Below, in pieces: positions 10,631 through 21,038 of a DNA stretch of 64,000 bases (its first letter is position 1; each line of letters begins with the position of its first letter). The notes beneath the pieces were generated by a model. It did no database searches. It saw nothing but the letters and a program-made list of their open reading frames with translations, and was not told the origin of the DNA. Both the position numbers and the translations under genes were made by a program. The stretch is from Spirochaetales bacterium (GTDB lineage: Bacteria > Spirochaetota > Spirochaetia > SZUA-6 > DRHE01): the NCBI GenBank assembly GCA_030615505.1, contig JAUWZD010000003.1, forward strand, positions 5,736 to 69,735, written 5' to 3'.

Positions 10631-11665
10631 ATGAGACCTCTTAACCGACGCAGACTTTCCAACTTCAAAGCGAATCGCCGGGGTTATATCTCTCTATGGA
10701 TTTTCTGTGTTCTGTTCTTTATAAGTCTTTTTGCAGAATTTGTCGCAAACGATAAGCCTCTAATTGTCTATTACGATGGCCGCATTTTATTTCCTGTCTT
10801 CAAGGCCTATCCGGAAACGCGTTTTGGCGGCGAGTTCCCATCAGAAGCCGATTATCATGATACTTACGTTGTGAGCCTAATAGAGGGAAAAGGCTGGATG
10901 ATCTGGCCGCTGATTCCTTACTCCTATGACACGGTAGTTTATGGCTTGCCTGCACCGGCATCACCATCTGTACAAAATTGGCTCGGCACAGACGATCAAT
11001 CCCGAGATGTACTCGCCCGGCTTATCTACGGTTTTCGCATCTCAGTGTTGTTTGGTCTCACTCTAACCTTTTTCTCAATCATAATCGGTGTTTCGGCGGG
11101 AGCCGTTCAAGGATATTTCGGAGGATTGGTCGATCTTAGTTTTCAGCGCTTTATGGAAATCTGGTCCGCCATGCCTACTCTCTATCTTCTTATCATTCTC
11201 GCCAGCATTGTGCAGCCAAACTTCTGGTGGCTGCTTGGTATTATGCTGCTTTTTAGCTGGATGGGCTATGTTGGAGTTGTCCGTGCAGAATTCTTAAGAG
11301 CAAGGAATTTTAATTATGTCCGTGCCGCGAAGGCTCTGGGTGTGTCAAACAGTTTGATTATATTTAGACATATTCTACCGAACGCAACGGTTGCGACCGT
11401 CACCTTTTTGCCGTTCAACCTGAGCGGGGCTATCACAGCCCTTACAGCCTTAGACTTTCTTGGTTTCGGACTGCCGCCGGGTTCCCCTTCTTTAGGTGAA
11501 ATGGTAACCCAGGCTCGTAACAACTTACATGCCCCGTGGCTTGGACTGACGAGTTTCTTCGCACTCGCCATCATGCTTAGTCTCCTTATATTTATCGGCG
11601 AAGCCATCCGGGATGCTTTTGATCCACGAAAGACTTTCTCAAGCAGAAGGGATGATGGCAAATGA
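10631..11665 (+). CDS. yejE: ABC peptide transporter permease (YejE-like)
   Basis: OppC/YejE-like: WLGTDDQSRDVLARLIYG and multiple TM helices. Confidence 0.8.
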   Translation: MRPLNRRRLSNFKANRRGYISLWIFCVLFFISLFAEFVANDKPLIVYYDGRILFPVFKAYPETRFGGEFPSEADYHDTYVVSLIEGKGWMIWPLIPYSYDTVVYGLPAPASPSVQNWLGTDDQSRDVLARLIYGFRISVLFGLTLTFFSIIIGVSAGAVQGYFGGLVDLSFQRFMEIWSAMPTLYLLIILASIVQPNFWWLLGIMLLFSWMGYVGVVRAEFLRARNFNYVRAAKALGVSNSLIIFRHILPNATVATVTFLPFNLSGAITALTALDFLGFGLPPGSPSLGEMVTQARNNLHAPWLGLTSFFALAIMLSLLIFIGEAIRDAFDPRKTFSSRRDDGK

Positions 11666-13284
11666 CTCCGTTATTAAGAGTTAAGAAACTGTCGGTTAAC
11701 TTCTCCGTTGAAGGCGGAACTCTTCATGCTGTAAAGAAAGTTTCCTTCTCTATCAAACGGGGGGAAACTTTGGCTTTAGTCGGCGAGTCCGGGGCGGGAA
11801 AGTCAGTTACGGCATTAAGCATCTTGCAGCTTTTACCGTATCCCACTGCAAGTCATCCGAGCGGCAGCATTAAACTCGAAGGACAGGAGCTTCTTGGCGC
11901 CTCCGCATCAGTTCTTAGCAAGGTGCGCGGCAATCGTATCTCTATGATCTTTCAAGAACCCATGACTTCTCTAAACCCTCTACACACTATCGAAAAGCAG
12001 GTGAGCGAGGTTTTGATACTTCACAGGAAAATGTCCAGAGAAGCGGCGCGTAATCATACCCTTGAGCTTCTTCATCTGGCTGGTCTTTATGAAGCTGAAG
12101 CACGACTTAAAGCTTTTCCCCATGAACTATCCGGTGGACAGCGGCAGCGTGTAATGATCGCCATGGCCCTTGCTAATGAGCCTGATATGCTAATCGCCGA
12201 TGAGCCTGCTACTGCGTTGGATGTGACGATTCAAGCCCAGATTCTTAAGCTCCTGAAAGACCTGCAGAGTCGTTTTGATATGGCCATGCTTTACATCACC
12301 CATGATCTTGCTGTGGTGCGAAAAGTGTCTGATCAGGTATGCATCATGAAGGATGGTGAAATCGTAGAGAGCGGGCCAAAATCCAAAATCTTTACTTCCC
12401 CATCTCATCCATACACTCGCCATCTCTTAGCTTCTGAACCCAGGGATGTTGCCACTTCAAATCCTGGCACAACGCCGATCATTCAATCCGACAATTTGCG
12501 CGTATGGTTCCCGATCAAGGCAGGAATACTCCGTCGTACAGTCGATTATGTGAAAGCGGTTGACGGCGTCACAGTGAAAGTTAATGCCGGGCAGACAGTA
12601 GGTGTTGTAGGTGAGTCGGGTTCCGGTAAGACGACTCTTGCTCTTGCACTATTACGGCTTATCTCTTCTAAGGGAACTATTTACTTCAAAGATCATCTGA
12701 TTCAAGGATTGAGATACCGCAAATTACGACCCCTTCGCCGTGAAATACAGATCATATTTCAGGATCCTTTCGGGAGCCTCAGCCCTCGTATGTCTATTGG
12801 GCAGATTATTGAAGAGGGACTTAAGGTTCATAGAATTGGCAGCACTCCTGAGCAGCGGGAAGCTCTTATTCTCAGGGCCATGAAAGAGGTCGGTCTTGAT
12901 CCTGCAAGTAAGGATCGCTATCCGCATGAGTTCTCCGGCGGCCAGAGACAGCGTGTAGCAATTGCCAGAGCAATAGTATTAAAGCCAAAACTTATCGTGC
13001 TTGATGAGCCTACATCCGCATTGGATGCGAGTGTGCAGGCTCAATTTCTGGAGCTGCTGCATGACTTACAGCGCGAGCACGGACTGGCTTATCTCTTCAT
13101 CAGTCATGATTTAAAAGTTATTCGTTCAATGGCGAATTATATTGTTGTGATGCAGAACGGCAAAGTGATAGAACAGGGTCTCCCGAATGAGATCTTTGAA
13201 AAGCCGCGCCAGGATTATACGAAGGCTCTCATGGCAGCGGCTTTCGAACTGGAAAGTGTGGGCAAAAATTCAGTAAGGACATGA
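11662..13284 (+). CDS. yejF: ABC transporter ATP-binding protein with duplicated ATPase domains (YejF-like)
   Basis: Two Walker A motifs ([16 protein letters not shown]), two LSGGQRQR signatures and two Walker B motifs (LIADEP, LVLDEP). Confidence 0.9.
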   Translation: MTPLLRVKKLSVNFSVEGGTLHAVKKVSFSIKRGETLALVGESGAGKSVTALSILQLLPYPTASHPSGSIKLEGQELLGASASVLSKVRGNRISMIFQEPMTSLNPLHTIEKQVSEVLILHRKMSREAARNHTLELLHLAGLYEAEARLKAFPHELSGGQRQRVMIAMALANEPDMLIADEPATALDVTIQAQILKLLKDLQSRFDMAMLYITHDLAVVRKVSDQVCIMKDGEIVESGPKSKIFTSPSHPYTRHLLASEPRDVATSNPGTTPIIQSDNLRVWFPIKAGILRRTVDYVKAVDGVTVKVNAGQTVGVVGESGSGKTTLALALLRLISSKGTIYFKDHLIQGLRYRKLRPLRREIQIIFQDPFGSLSPRMSIGQIIEEGLKVHRIGSTPEQREALILRAMKEVGLDPASKDRYPHEFSGGQRQRVAIARAIVLKPKLIVLDEPTSALDASVQAQFLELLHDLQREHGLAYLFISHDLKVIRSMANYIVVMQNGKVIEQGLPNEIFEKPRQDYTKALMAAAFELESVGKNSVRT

Positions 13285-13373
13285 AACTTTAGCGAATTTT
13301 TGTTATAATTATATTTTAATAGCAATGAAGCAAGTTCGTTTTTGAAGTAGCCGTGATAAAGTGGAGGGATATT

Positions 13374-15281
13374 ATGCTATTAATACTTAAAATCTTGTTT
13401 TTTTGCAAACATTTTAGTCCAGGGCGGCCGACAGGTCGCACTGGGAAAAAATTATTGCTCATTATGAGTATGAGTATGGCCATACTTATATGTTTTAATG
13501 CTCCTGCCGGTGCCGAGGAGGGCTACAAAGCACATGCGATAGCAATGCACGGCCGGCCTAAGTACGGACCCGGCTTTAAGCATTTCGACTACGTTAATCC
13601 AGCAGCACCCAAAGGCGGCAGAATTGTATTCGGCGCTTTTGGAAGTTACGATAGTCTTAACCCCTTCATCCTGAAAGGTCGGACAGCAGCAGGTATCGGA
13701 GCATTATTCGAATCTCTTATGACTTCATCCGCGGACGAAGCGTTTACGGAGTATTGTCTACTGGCCGAAACGATCGAATGGCCTGTGGATAGATCATGGG
13801 TAACTTTCACTCTCCGTTCTGAGGCTCGCTGGCATGACGGCAGGCCCGTTACCGTGGAGGACGTAATCTGGACTCTCGAAACGCTCAAGACCAAGGGCCA
13901 TCCTTTTTATCGCTACTACTATGAGAATATAGCCAAAGCGGAAAAAATTGGGGAGCGCAAGGTGAAGTTTTTCTTTACAGGCGATCCAAACCCCGAGCTG
14001 CCGCTGATTACCGGTCAGCTTCCCGTCTTACCGAAGCACTATTGGGAAGATCGTGATTTCGAGGCCACCACTTTAGAGCCGCCGGTCGGCAGCGGTCCTT
14101 ACAGGATCAAAAGCCTGGATCCAGGCCGCTCCATCACATATGAACTCGATAAGAACTACTGGGGCAAGGATCTTCCGGTGAATGTCGGACAGGACAATGT
14201 TGCCGTGATTCGTTACGATTACTACAGAGATCGTGCTGTTGAAAGAGAGGCGTTTAAAGCGGGTGAAATCGACTTCTTCAGCGAAAATACCGCCAAGGAG
14301 TGGGCCACAGGATATGATATTCCAGCCGTTAAGAAAGGCCTTATTATCAAGCGTGAAATACCGCATGAGAATCCACAGGGCATGCAGGCCTTCGTTTTCA
14401 ACACACGGCTTGAAATCTTTAAAGACCCAAGAGTTCGTCAGGCTATCGGCTATGCATTTGACTTTGAATGGACGAACAAGAACCTGTTCTACGGTGCATA
14501 TAAGCGATCGGCCAGTTATTTCTCAAACTCAGAGCTCGCCTCAAGCGGTCTGCCAGGTACAGAAGAACTTAAGATCCTGAATCAATTCCGCGGTCGAATT
14601 CCGGAGGAAGTGTTTACCCGTTCGTACTCCCCACCGAAAACAGATGGGTCAGGTAATATTCGTTCAAACATTCGTACTGCGCTTAAGCTTCTTAGAGAAG
14701 CAGGCTGGGAGATTGTTGACGGAAAATTAACGCACGCGGGTACAGGAACGGGTATTAGTTTCGAGATTCTCCTGGTCTCTCCGGCATTTGAGAGAATCGT
14801 TCTTCCTTTCAAAAAAAATCTGGAAAAGCTTGGAATTACGACCAGGGTTAATACGGTAGATACAGCACAGTATCAGAACCGCTTGGACAGCTTCGACTTC
14901 GATATGATCATAACCACCTGGAGTCAGTCCCTCTCGCCGGGAAATGAACAGCGTGATTTCTGGAGCACAGATGCTGCCAATACCAATGGGTCCAGAAACC
15001 TTGCAGGTATCAAGGACTCCGTGGTCGATGAGCTGATTGATTTAATCATTTCGGCGCCGGATCGTGAATCTCTGATCCATCGGACCAGGGCGCTTGACCG
15101 TGTTCTCCTTTGGAGTCATTACGTTATCCCACAGTGGCATATTTCAATCTACCGCGTGGCGTATTGGGACAAGTTCGCAACCCCTAAGATAAGGCCCAAA
15201 TACAGTCTCGGTCTAAATTCCTGGTGGATAGACCCCAGGTTAGAAGCCGGCCTGGCTGATCGCAAACGTGGCGTTAAGTAA
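13374..15281 (+). CDS. yejA: family-5 extracellular solute-binding protein (YejA-like)
   Basis: Signal peptide plus SBP_bac_5-like length and sequence. The ATG at 13374 is preceded by GGAGGG, whereas the track start at 13353 is GTG. Confidence 0.8.
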   Translation: MLLILKILFFCKHFSPGRPTGRTGKKLLLIMSMSMAILICFNAPAGAEEGYKAHAIAMHGRPKYGPGFKHFDYVNPAAPKGGRIVFGAFGSYDSLNPFILKGRTAAGIGALFESLMTSSADEAFTEYCLLAETIEWPVDRSWVTFTLRSEARWHDGRPVTVEDVIWTLETLKTKGHPFYRYYYENIAKAEKIGERKVKFFFTGDPNPELPLITGQLPVLPKHYWEDRDFEATTLEPPVGSGPYRIKSLDPGRSITYELDKNYWGKDLPVNVGQDNVAVIRYDYYRDRAVEREAFKAGEIDFFSENTAKEWATGYDIPAVKKGLIIKREIPHENPQGMQAFVFNTRLEIFKDPRVRQAIGYAFDFEWTNKNLFYGAYKRSASYFSNSELASSGLPGTEELKILNQFRGRIPEEVFTRSYSPPKTDGSGNIRSNIRTALKLLREAGWEIVDGKLTHAGTGTGISFEILLVSPAFERIVLPFKKNLEKLGITTRVNTVDTAQYQNRLDSFDFDMIITTWSQSLSPGNEQRDFWSTDAANTNGSRNLAGIKDSVVDELIDLIISAPDRESLIHRTRALDRVLLWSHYVIPQWHISIYRVAYWDKFATPKIRPKYSLGLNSWWIDPRLEAGLADRKRGVK

Positions 15282-15291
15282 ATGGCTCTAA

Positions 15292-15365
15292 CTGCACTGG
15301 GCGGTCGGCAGGAAAAATTAACTTTCACCTTCTTCATTAGAAAGTAAATATTTGAATTCTTCTTC
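15292..15365. repeat. 74-bp direct repeat, copy 1 (orphan copy of the 3' end of gene 16305..16763)
   Basis: Identical to 16279..16352 at 73 of 74 positions, compared by eye base by base (g/a mismatch at repeat position 16). Confidence 0.9.
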
Positions 15366-15442
15366 GAAGTTCTGATTCCCGATGAGCCTGCCATGCGACA
15401 GATCGTATTGCAAGAATTATCCGGAAACTGAACCATAACAGG

Positions 15443-15883
15443 TTAATATACCTGTATATTCTCAGGCAAAACATTAAATCCTTCCTTCTGCATCGCTGTA
15501 TGAAGGGTTTTATCTAAACAAACAACCGTGTTATCTTTTGGTTTTTTCCCAGCCCAGATATGAGCTGCAGCAAGTTGCAAGGAATCAGCAGCTTTTATAG
15601 GATGAACAGAAATCAGACGTATTGCTTGATCCTTTACTTCTTGGACCGGAATAATTTCATTCCAACTTGATGCCAGCTCATAGAGCAGTTTTTTTATACC
15701 TTGTAACTCTTCATGGCTGAGAATTCCGTCTCTCTGAAGTCGGGAGAATGCCGAATAGCATTCTATCAGGGTTCCCCACCAGACAATAATAAACGGATCT
15801 TTTATTAAATAAGACTTCATTTCTTCTGAAGCATGTTCCTCAACACAAAGTGGTAGAATAGCCGATGCATCCCAGAACATCAT
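15443..15883 (-). CDS. vapC: PIN-domain toxin VapC
   Basis: N-terminal FWDASAILPL, later AADSLQLAAA and CLDKTL acidic positions. 4-nt ATGA overlap with the upstream antitoxin. Confidence 0.8.
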   Translation of the reverse strand: MMFWDASAILPLCVEEHASEEMKSYLIKDPFIIVWWGTLIECYSAFSRLQRDGILSHEELQGIKKLLYELASSWNEIIPVQEVKDQAIRLISVHPIKAADSLQLAAAHIWAGKKPKDNTVVCLDKTLHTAMQKEGFNVLPENIQVY

Positions 15884-16173
15884 TTTGATTCGTCTCTTTC
15901 TTTGCGTAATAAGCGCCTGGCCATGCTATTCTGATCTTTCCACCTGGGCATATCCCAGAAATTTCCTGGTATTTTTCCTGAACCAAACTTAATAATTCCC
16001 GTTCGTTCTAATTCCTTTAGATGGGCGTTCATATTCCGATTAGATCTTTTTATAGGTACTATTTTGGCAATTGGATTTCCTCGATCTGTTATTATTATAT
16101 CCTCGCCAGTTTTGACGATACTGATATAGCGACTCAAGTATGCTTTTAGGTGAGAAATCGATGTACTTTCCAT
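15880..16173 (-). CDS. Phd/YefM-type antitoxin
   Basis: 97 aa. ISHLKAYLSRYISIVKTGEDIIITDRGNPIAKIVP is the typical Phd/YefM N-terminus. Confidence 0.75.
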   Translation of the reverse strand: MESTSISHLKAYLSRYISIVKTGEDIIITDRGNPIAKIVPIKRSNRNMNAHLKELERTGIIKFGSGKIPGNFWDMPRWKDQNSMARRLLRKERDESK

Positions 16174-16278
16174 AATAAATAGTCTCCATAGTCATTTCAA
16201 TATAACCTTAATGTCTACATTTTAAGATACTTATAACTTTAAATCTCATCAAGTGAAATCTCAGGTTGAGGATTCAAT

Positions 16279-16352
16279 CTGCACTGGGCGGTCAGCAGGA
16301 AAAATTAACTTTCACCTTCTTCATTAGAAAGTAAATATTTGAATTCTTCTTC
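16279..16352. repeat. 74-bp direct repeat, copy 2 (covers the last 15 codons plus stop of gene 16305..16763 and 26 nt downstream)
   Basis: See copy 1. Confidence 0.9.
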
Positions 16353-16763
16353 AGACACAATCTGCTCCATTTCCTCTTTTGAAGCCAAAGACCCGATGAT
16401 GATCTCCTTGATCTCTGTAATTTCCTGCAGACGATTCTCTTTTATGCTTTTAAATTCCTCAAAATGCCCTTTCATGTGATGAAAAAAAGGCAGCTCCTCG
16501 CTGATAGTATCTTCAAGGAACTGAATAAACTGCCCGTTAAATTTTTGAAGGTTTTTCAGATAATCCAATCTGTTAATCAATTGAGTGTTCATCTTTAAGG
16601 AAATGAAAATTTTCTCTACGGTTCCGCTAAGAAAATTAATATCTCCAATAATCTTTTCATAGAATACTTCTGCATCCATATTCAGCTTGGAAGCGCTTTT
16701 AATCTGTTTCAAAATCAAGTCGAGAAAAAAGATATTATCTTCATAATTTACCCGTTTGGTCAT
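16305..16763 (-). CDS. hypothetical protein
   Basis: 152-aa ORF, divergent from the rpsF operon. Confidence 0.5.
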   Translation of the reverse strand: MTKRVNYEDNIFFLDLILKQIKSASKLNMDAEVFYEKIIGDINFLSGTVEKIFISLKMNTQLINRLDYLKNLQKFNGQFIQFLEDTISEELPFFHHMKGHFEEFKSIKENRLQEITEIKEIIIGSLASKEEMEQIVSEEEFKYLLSNEEGES

Positions 16764-16932
16764 ACGTTTTACATTTTCGGAGAATTCTCAAGAATCCTTG
16801 ACAATCTTAAACAAGATAAAAGCGAGAAGCAATAACAGAACTATTGACTTTGAGAGTTCTACGTGTTAGCTTAAATCCGCCTCTTTATCCATTCCCGTAG
16901 GTATGGATCATTATGGCCACAAGGAGGAATAA

Positions 16933-17214
16933 ATGAGAACGTACGAGGCAGTACTGATTTTTCGACCTGAAGATGAGTTCCTTGTAACTGGCAAGGAATT
17001 CCTTAAAAGCCTGTTTAAGACAACAAAATGCAAGGTCATCAAAGAGAAAGAAATGGGCAATCGGGAGCTTGCATATGAAATCAAAAAGAATAAGCGGGGA
17101 TTCTACCTATACTATGAAATTGAAACGGAACCCGATAGTATTACTTCTTTAGACAAATCTCTGAAACTTCGAAATGAAATCCTGAAATATGTATTCTTCC
17201 GCAAGGAAGATTGA
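16933..17214 (+). CDS. rpsF: 30S ribosomal protein S6
   Basis: MRTYEAVLIFRPE... is the canonical S6 start. AGGAGG lies upstream. Confidence 0.9.
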   Translation: MRTYEAVLIFRPEDEFLVTGKEFLKSLFKTTKCKVIKEKEMGNRELAYEIKKNKRGFYLYYEIETEPDSITSLDKSLKLRNEILKYVFFRKED

Positions 17215-17238
17215 TTAAATTTAACAGGAGATTATAAA

Positions 17239-17688
17239 ATGGCGGACATCAATCATGTGGTTCTAGTTGGCCGTCTGACTAAAGACGCAGAGTTAAAATA
17301 CACAAATACCGGTTTTGCTATTGCAAATTTCTCACTGGCTGTAAACCGCAGAATAAAGAAGGACGATAACTGGCAGGAAGAAGTCAGCTTTTTTAATGCC
17401 GTTCTTTTCGGTAAGCGGGCCGAAGGGATTCATCAATATCTTGTTAAAGGCAAACAGATAGGAATTCAGGGAGAATTACGGCAGAATCGATGGGAACAAG
17501 AGGGTCAGCCGCGCAGTAAAGTGGAGATAATCGTAAATGATATCCAGCTTCTCGGAGGCAGAGGGTCGGACCAGACTCAGCCCGATTTCACTTCCCAGGG
17601 TTCCCAGGGTTCCCAGGTTTCCCAGGGTGTTCCACCCCGCCAGGAACGACCCACGGCGGATGATTTCGATGATGATATACCTTTTTAA
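17239..17688 (+). CDS. ssb: single-stranded DNA-binding protein
   Basis: [21 protein letters not shown] fold and acidic C-terminal tip DDDIPF. Confidence 0.95.
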   Translation: MADINHVVLVGRLTKDAELKYTNTGFAIANFSLAVNRRIKKDDNWQEEVSFFNAVLFGKRAEGIHQYLVKGKQIGIQGELRQNRWEQEGQPRSKVEIIVNDIQLLGGRGSDQTQPDFTSQGSQGSQVSQGVPPRQERPTADDFDDDIPF

Positions 17689-17708
17689 GCAGAGTGGAGG
17701 AACATGTA

Positions 17709-18218
17709 ATGTCAGATAATTCCGTAAATACTAAAGAAGACAAGGAGGTTCGTACCTCCGAAGCTCCTGTCGTCAAAGACGACAGGAAGACCGTCGAAAA
17801 CGACACGAAGACGGTCGTTAAAGACGACACGAAGACGGAACACGAAAAGAAGCCATCCAAAATGAAGCCTTCATTAAATGAGAAGGAAACTGCGCCTTCG
17901 TCCCCAGCGGCGCCTTCGTCCGCCGCGGCGCCTTATCCCAGGGTTGCGGGAAGAAGTGACACGTCTCCGGACCGGTATGAAAGGTCGCACGGCAAGACAA
18001 GATACAAACCATTTTTTAGACGCAAAGTTTGCAAATTCTGTACTAAAAAATTGACAATTGATTATAAGGAACCGGAGATCCTGCGGCGATTTACAACGGA
18101 TAGGGGCAAAATCCTACCCCGCCGTATAACAGGTACCTGCGCTAAGCATCAGCGTAAGCTGGCTATAGCCGTTAAAAGAGCGAGAATCCTTGCTTTACTA
18201 CCATTTGTTGCGAAATAA
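17709..18218 (+). CDS. rpsR: 30S ribosomal protein S18 with ~95-aa low-complexity N-terminal extension
   Basis: C-terminal core RRKVCKFC...[43 protein letters not shown]. The ATG at 17709 sits 8 nt after GGAGG, whereas the track start at 17694 is GTG. Confidence 0.85.
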   Translation: MSDNSVNTKEDKEVRTSEAPVVKDDRKTVENDTKTVVKDDTKTEHEKKPSKMKPSLNEKETAPSSPAAPSSAAAPYPRVAGRSDTSPDRYERSHGKTRYKPFFRRKVCKFCTKKLTIDYKEPEILRRFTTDRGKILPRRITGTCAKHQRKLAIAVKRARILALLPFVAK

Positions 18219-18220
18219 AG

Positions 18221-19192
18221 GTGATAGAAATAATCATCTTTTCCATAATCTCAAGTTTTCTCTATCACCTGGGAACAGGATTTCTCTTTTTCCTGATTCC
18301 GCTGCAAATATTATTTGTGAGGAAAGGGGAAAGGGGGTTTGTTAACGCCTTAGTAATTACTTTTGCATTAATCTTTATCATCAGGCTGTTTAACATATTA
18401 CGCTCTACTGAAGGATTGAGTGAATCCGGTCCCTTTGTGCTGATTGAAATATTTTCAGTATTGTTCCTCATGGGCGGACTGGCTTTTATTAACCTCTGGC
18501 ATAAACCAGGGTTTTACCGTGTGTTAAAATTATTGGCCGCTACGGGAGTAACAGGATTATTTTGTATTCCCCTTATACTCTATCTTAAGGGAAGTGAAAG
18601 CTTTGCCGCCACCGCACAAAAAGAATTTGAAAGCTTATCAAAATACTTTAATCAAATCTTTGTCCGATCGGATAATTTCAGGCTTATCGATGCTGAACAG
18701 CTTTTCAGGCCGGATGTACTAATGGCAATCACTAAGGAATTCTTTTTAAGAAGCTTTCTGTTCAGTTATTTTATACTCCTGACTTTCTCCTGGTGGATAG
18801 GCTCCATCTCAGGTGCCCGTTCAATAGGGAAAAAAGCGAACATCACAAAACTCATAAGCTTTAAGCTCCCAGAAATCTATATATGGCCGCTCATCGGAAG
18901 TCTAGCTTTAGTACTTCTGGATACTGCCGTAGAACTTAGCGCCTTAGGGTTTTTTGCATGGAATATTTGTTTAATATTCCTTTTTTTATACGGACTGGAA
19001 GGAATTGGAATCATTAAATTTCTGTTAAAAAAGCATCGTCTACCCAGAGGAGTAAAATGGCTGTTCCTCTCAGCTTTTTGCATTCTCCTGTTATCCCCAA
19101 GGATAAACATTGTGATTTTTATGCTCATTCCCGGTCTGGGAATCTCAGAAATCTGGGTAAAATATAGAAAAGAAGAAAGGAGTAAAGAATAA
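18221..19192 (+). CDS. polytopic membrane protein (YybS/DUF2232-like by position)
   Basis: About 8 TM helices. It sits between rpsR and rplI, as yybS does in Bacillus. Confidence 0.5.
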   Translation: MIEIIIFSIISSFLYHLGTGFLFFLIPLQILFVRKGERGFVNALVITFALIFIIRLFNILRSTEGLSESGPFVLIEIFSVLFLMGGLAFINLWHKPGFYRVLKLLAATGVTGLFCIPLILYLKGSESFAATAQKEFESLSKYFNQIFVRSDNFRLIDAEQLFRPDVLMAITKEFFLRSFLFSYFILLTFSWWIGSISGARSIGKKANITKLISFKLPEIYIWPLIGSLALVLLDTAVELSALGFFAWNICLIFLFLYGLEGIGIIKFLLKKHRLPRGVKWLFLSAFCILLLSPRINIVIFMLIPGLGISEIWVKYRKEERSKE

Positions 19193-19194
19193 AG

Positions 19195-19644
19195 ATGAAG
19201 ATTATTCTTAACCAGGATATTGCAGGATTGGGTGAAGAGGGCGATGTTAAAGAAGTAGCTAATGGATATGCCCGGAATTACCTCATACCCGGGAAAATGG
19301 CTTCCCACTATAACAAACAAAACGCCCTTCTCCTGGAACAGAGGAGAGCGGCTATTGAAAAGAGAAAGGAAGAGAAGCGGCATGAAGCCATGAGCCTGAA
19401 AGAAAAACTGGAATCAGAAGAGCTCCTCTTTACAATGCCTGCAGGCGAGAATGGAAAGCTTTTCGGCTCTGTCAACAATGCCCTGATTGCCTCTGAGCTT
19501 GAAAAAAAAGGATACTCGATTGAGCGAAAACGGATTGAGGTTCCTGATCACAATATCCGGATGCTAGGCAATCATACAGTTATGATAAAGCTCTATGGAA
19601 ACGAAGAAGCATCGGTTAGAATAATAATTGAACCTGCCGAATAA
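19195..19644 (+). CDS. rplI: 50S ribosomal protein L9
   Basis: MKIILNQDIAGLGEEGDVKEVANGYARNYLIP is the canonical L9 start. Confidence 0.9.
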   Translation: MKIILNQDIAGLGEEGDVKEVANGYARNYLIPGKMASHYNKQNALLLEQRRAAIEKRKEEKRHEAMSLKEKLESEELLFTMPAGENGKLFGSVNNALIASELEKKGYSIERKRIEVPDHNIRMLGNHTVMIKLYGNEEASVRIIIEPAE

Positions 19645-19662
19645 TAGGCTATACTTATAATT

Positions 19663-21009
19663 ATGGTAACTGCCGACCTTAAAGATAAAATACCTCCTAA
19701 TAATACGGAGGCTGAGGTGGCAACCCTGGGGGCTCTGCTTCTGGATCCCGAAGCCCTTTCAATAGTCCTGCGATATCTACGCCCGGAAGACTTTTATAAG
19801 ACATCCCATCAGAGAGTGTATGAATCAATATTGAATCTATTCGAGCGCAATGAAGCTATTGACCTGATCACTCTCGCCGAGGAACTCAAGACAAACGGAT
19901 TACTGGAAGCATGCGGGGGTGCCGCATACATATCACGCCTGACCTCTGCTGTCCCGACCAGTGCAAATGTCAAATACTATGCAAAGATCGTTCAGGAATG
20001 CAGTATTCGCAGGACTCTATCAAGGATTGCTTCGAAAATAATTTCCAATGCACATGAAGAATCTCTTGATGTCCGTTTTATTATTGAAGAAGCGGAACGC
20101 CATATATTTGAGATAACCGATAAGCAGTATAGTGGTAGCTTTCAGGCAGCCAAAGATATTGTGGCAAAAACTATTGAAGCCATTGAAAAACTGTATCGTA
20201 CCAAAGACAGCTATATAGGAATTCCCTCTGGTTTCCCCGATCTTGACAATCTTACAAGTGGATTCCAGAACTCGGAGTTTATAGTAATAGGCGCCCGTCC
20301 GTCCGTTGGTAAGACAGCCTTAGCCCTGAATATGGCTGCTAATATATCCATAAAGCATAAAATCCCCGTGGGGTTCTTTACCCTTGAAATGTCGAATATG
20401 GCGCTTATGCAGAGACTCTTAAGCAGTGAGGCCAGAATAAAATCAACAAAACTTCGTTCTGGCTTTTTAAAGCCGTCGGATTTCCACAAGCTCACAGATG
20501 CGGCGGGTAAAATATATGAAGCTCCACTATATATAGAAGACGCTCCGAGCCTGAAGCTTCTGGATCTGCGCGCTCTGGCTCGAAGAATGAAATCTCATTA
20601 TAACGTAGCCATCATATTTATTGATTATCTGACCCTGATTTCCTCTGAAAACAGAGATCTTCCCCGACATGAACAGATTGCCGAAATCAGCCGCTCCTTA
20701 AAGGCTTTAGCCCGGGAGCTTGATATACCGGTAGTCGCTCTATCTCAGGTACGTCGTGAGAGTGAAGGGAAACGGCCTTCCTTAGCAGATTTAAGGGAAT
20801 CAGGCTCCATCGAGCAGGATGCTGATCTTGTTATATTTCTTCATCGAGAATTGTATAGAGGTTCATCTGACGAGGATACTCCCCAGGACGTATTAACAGA
20901 ACTGATTATCGCAAAACAGCGTAACGGTCCCGTAGGCACACTTAAAATTGTTTTTATCCCGGACTATACCAAATTCGAGAGCATGACTAAAAGAGAGGAT
21001 GGCGCTTAA
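19663..21009 (+). CDS. dnaB: replicative DNA helicase DnaB (no intein)
   Basis: PPNNTEAEVATLGALLLD, Walker A GARPSVGKT, and LSQVRRE...LADLRESGSIEQDAD. Confidence 0.95.
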   Translation: MVTADLKDKIPPNNTEAEVATLGALLLDPEALSIVLRYLRPEDFYKTSHQRVYESILNLFERNEAIDLITLAEELKTNGLLEACGGAAYISRLTSAVPTSANVKYYAKIVQECSIRRTLSRIASKIISNAHEESLDVRFIIEEAERHIFEITDKQYSGSFQAAKDIVAKTIEAIEKLYRTKDSYIGIPSGFPDLDNLTSGFQNSEFIVIGARPSVGKTALALNMAANISIKHKIPVGFFTLEMSNMALMQRLLSSEARIKSTKLRSGFLKPSDFHKLTDAAGKIYEAPLYIEDAPSLKLLDLRALARRMKSHYNVAIIFIDYLTLISSENRDLPRHEQIAEISRSLKALARELDIPVVALSQVRRESEGKRPSLADLRESGSIEQDADLVIFLHRELYRGSSDEDTPQDVLTELIIAKQRNGPVGTLKIVFIPDYTKFESMTKREDGA

Positions 21010-21038
21010 TAGCCTTCTTAAGAAGGAGGAAAAAGCTC

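Noticed and set aside
15149-15436. 95-aa minus-strand ORF
   Set aside because: It runs antisense across the yejA 3' end and through the orphan repeat copy. It has no start context or motifs and is most likely spurious.
19663-21009. Possible intein in dnaB, a common intein host
   Set aside because: The protein is 448 aa with contiguous helicase motifs, and I see no Hint blocks.
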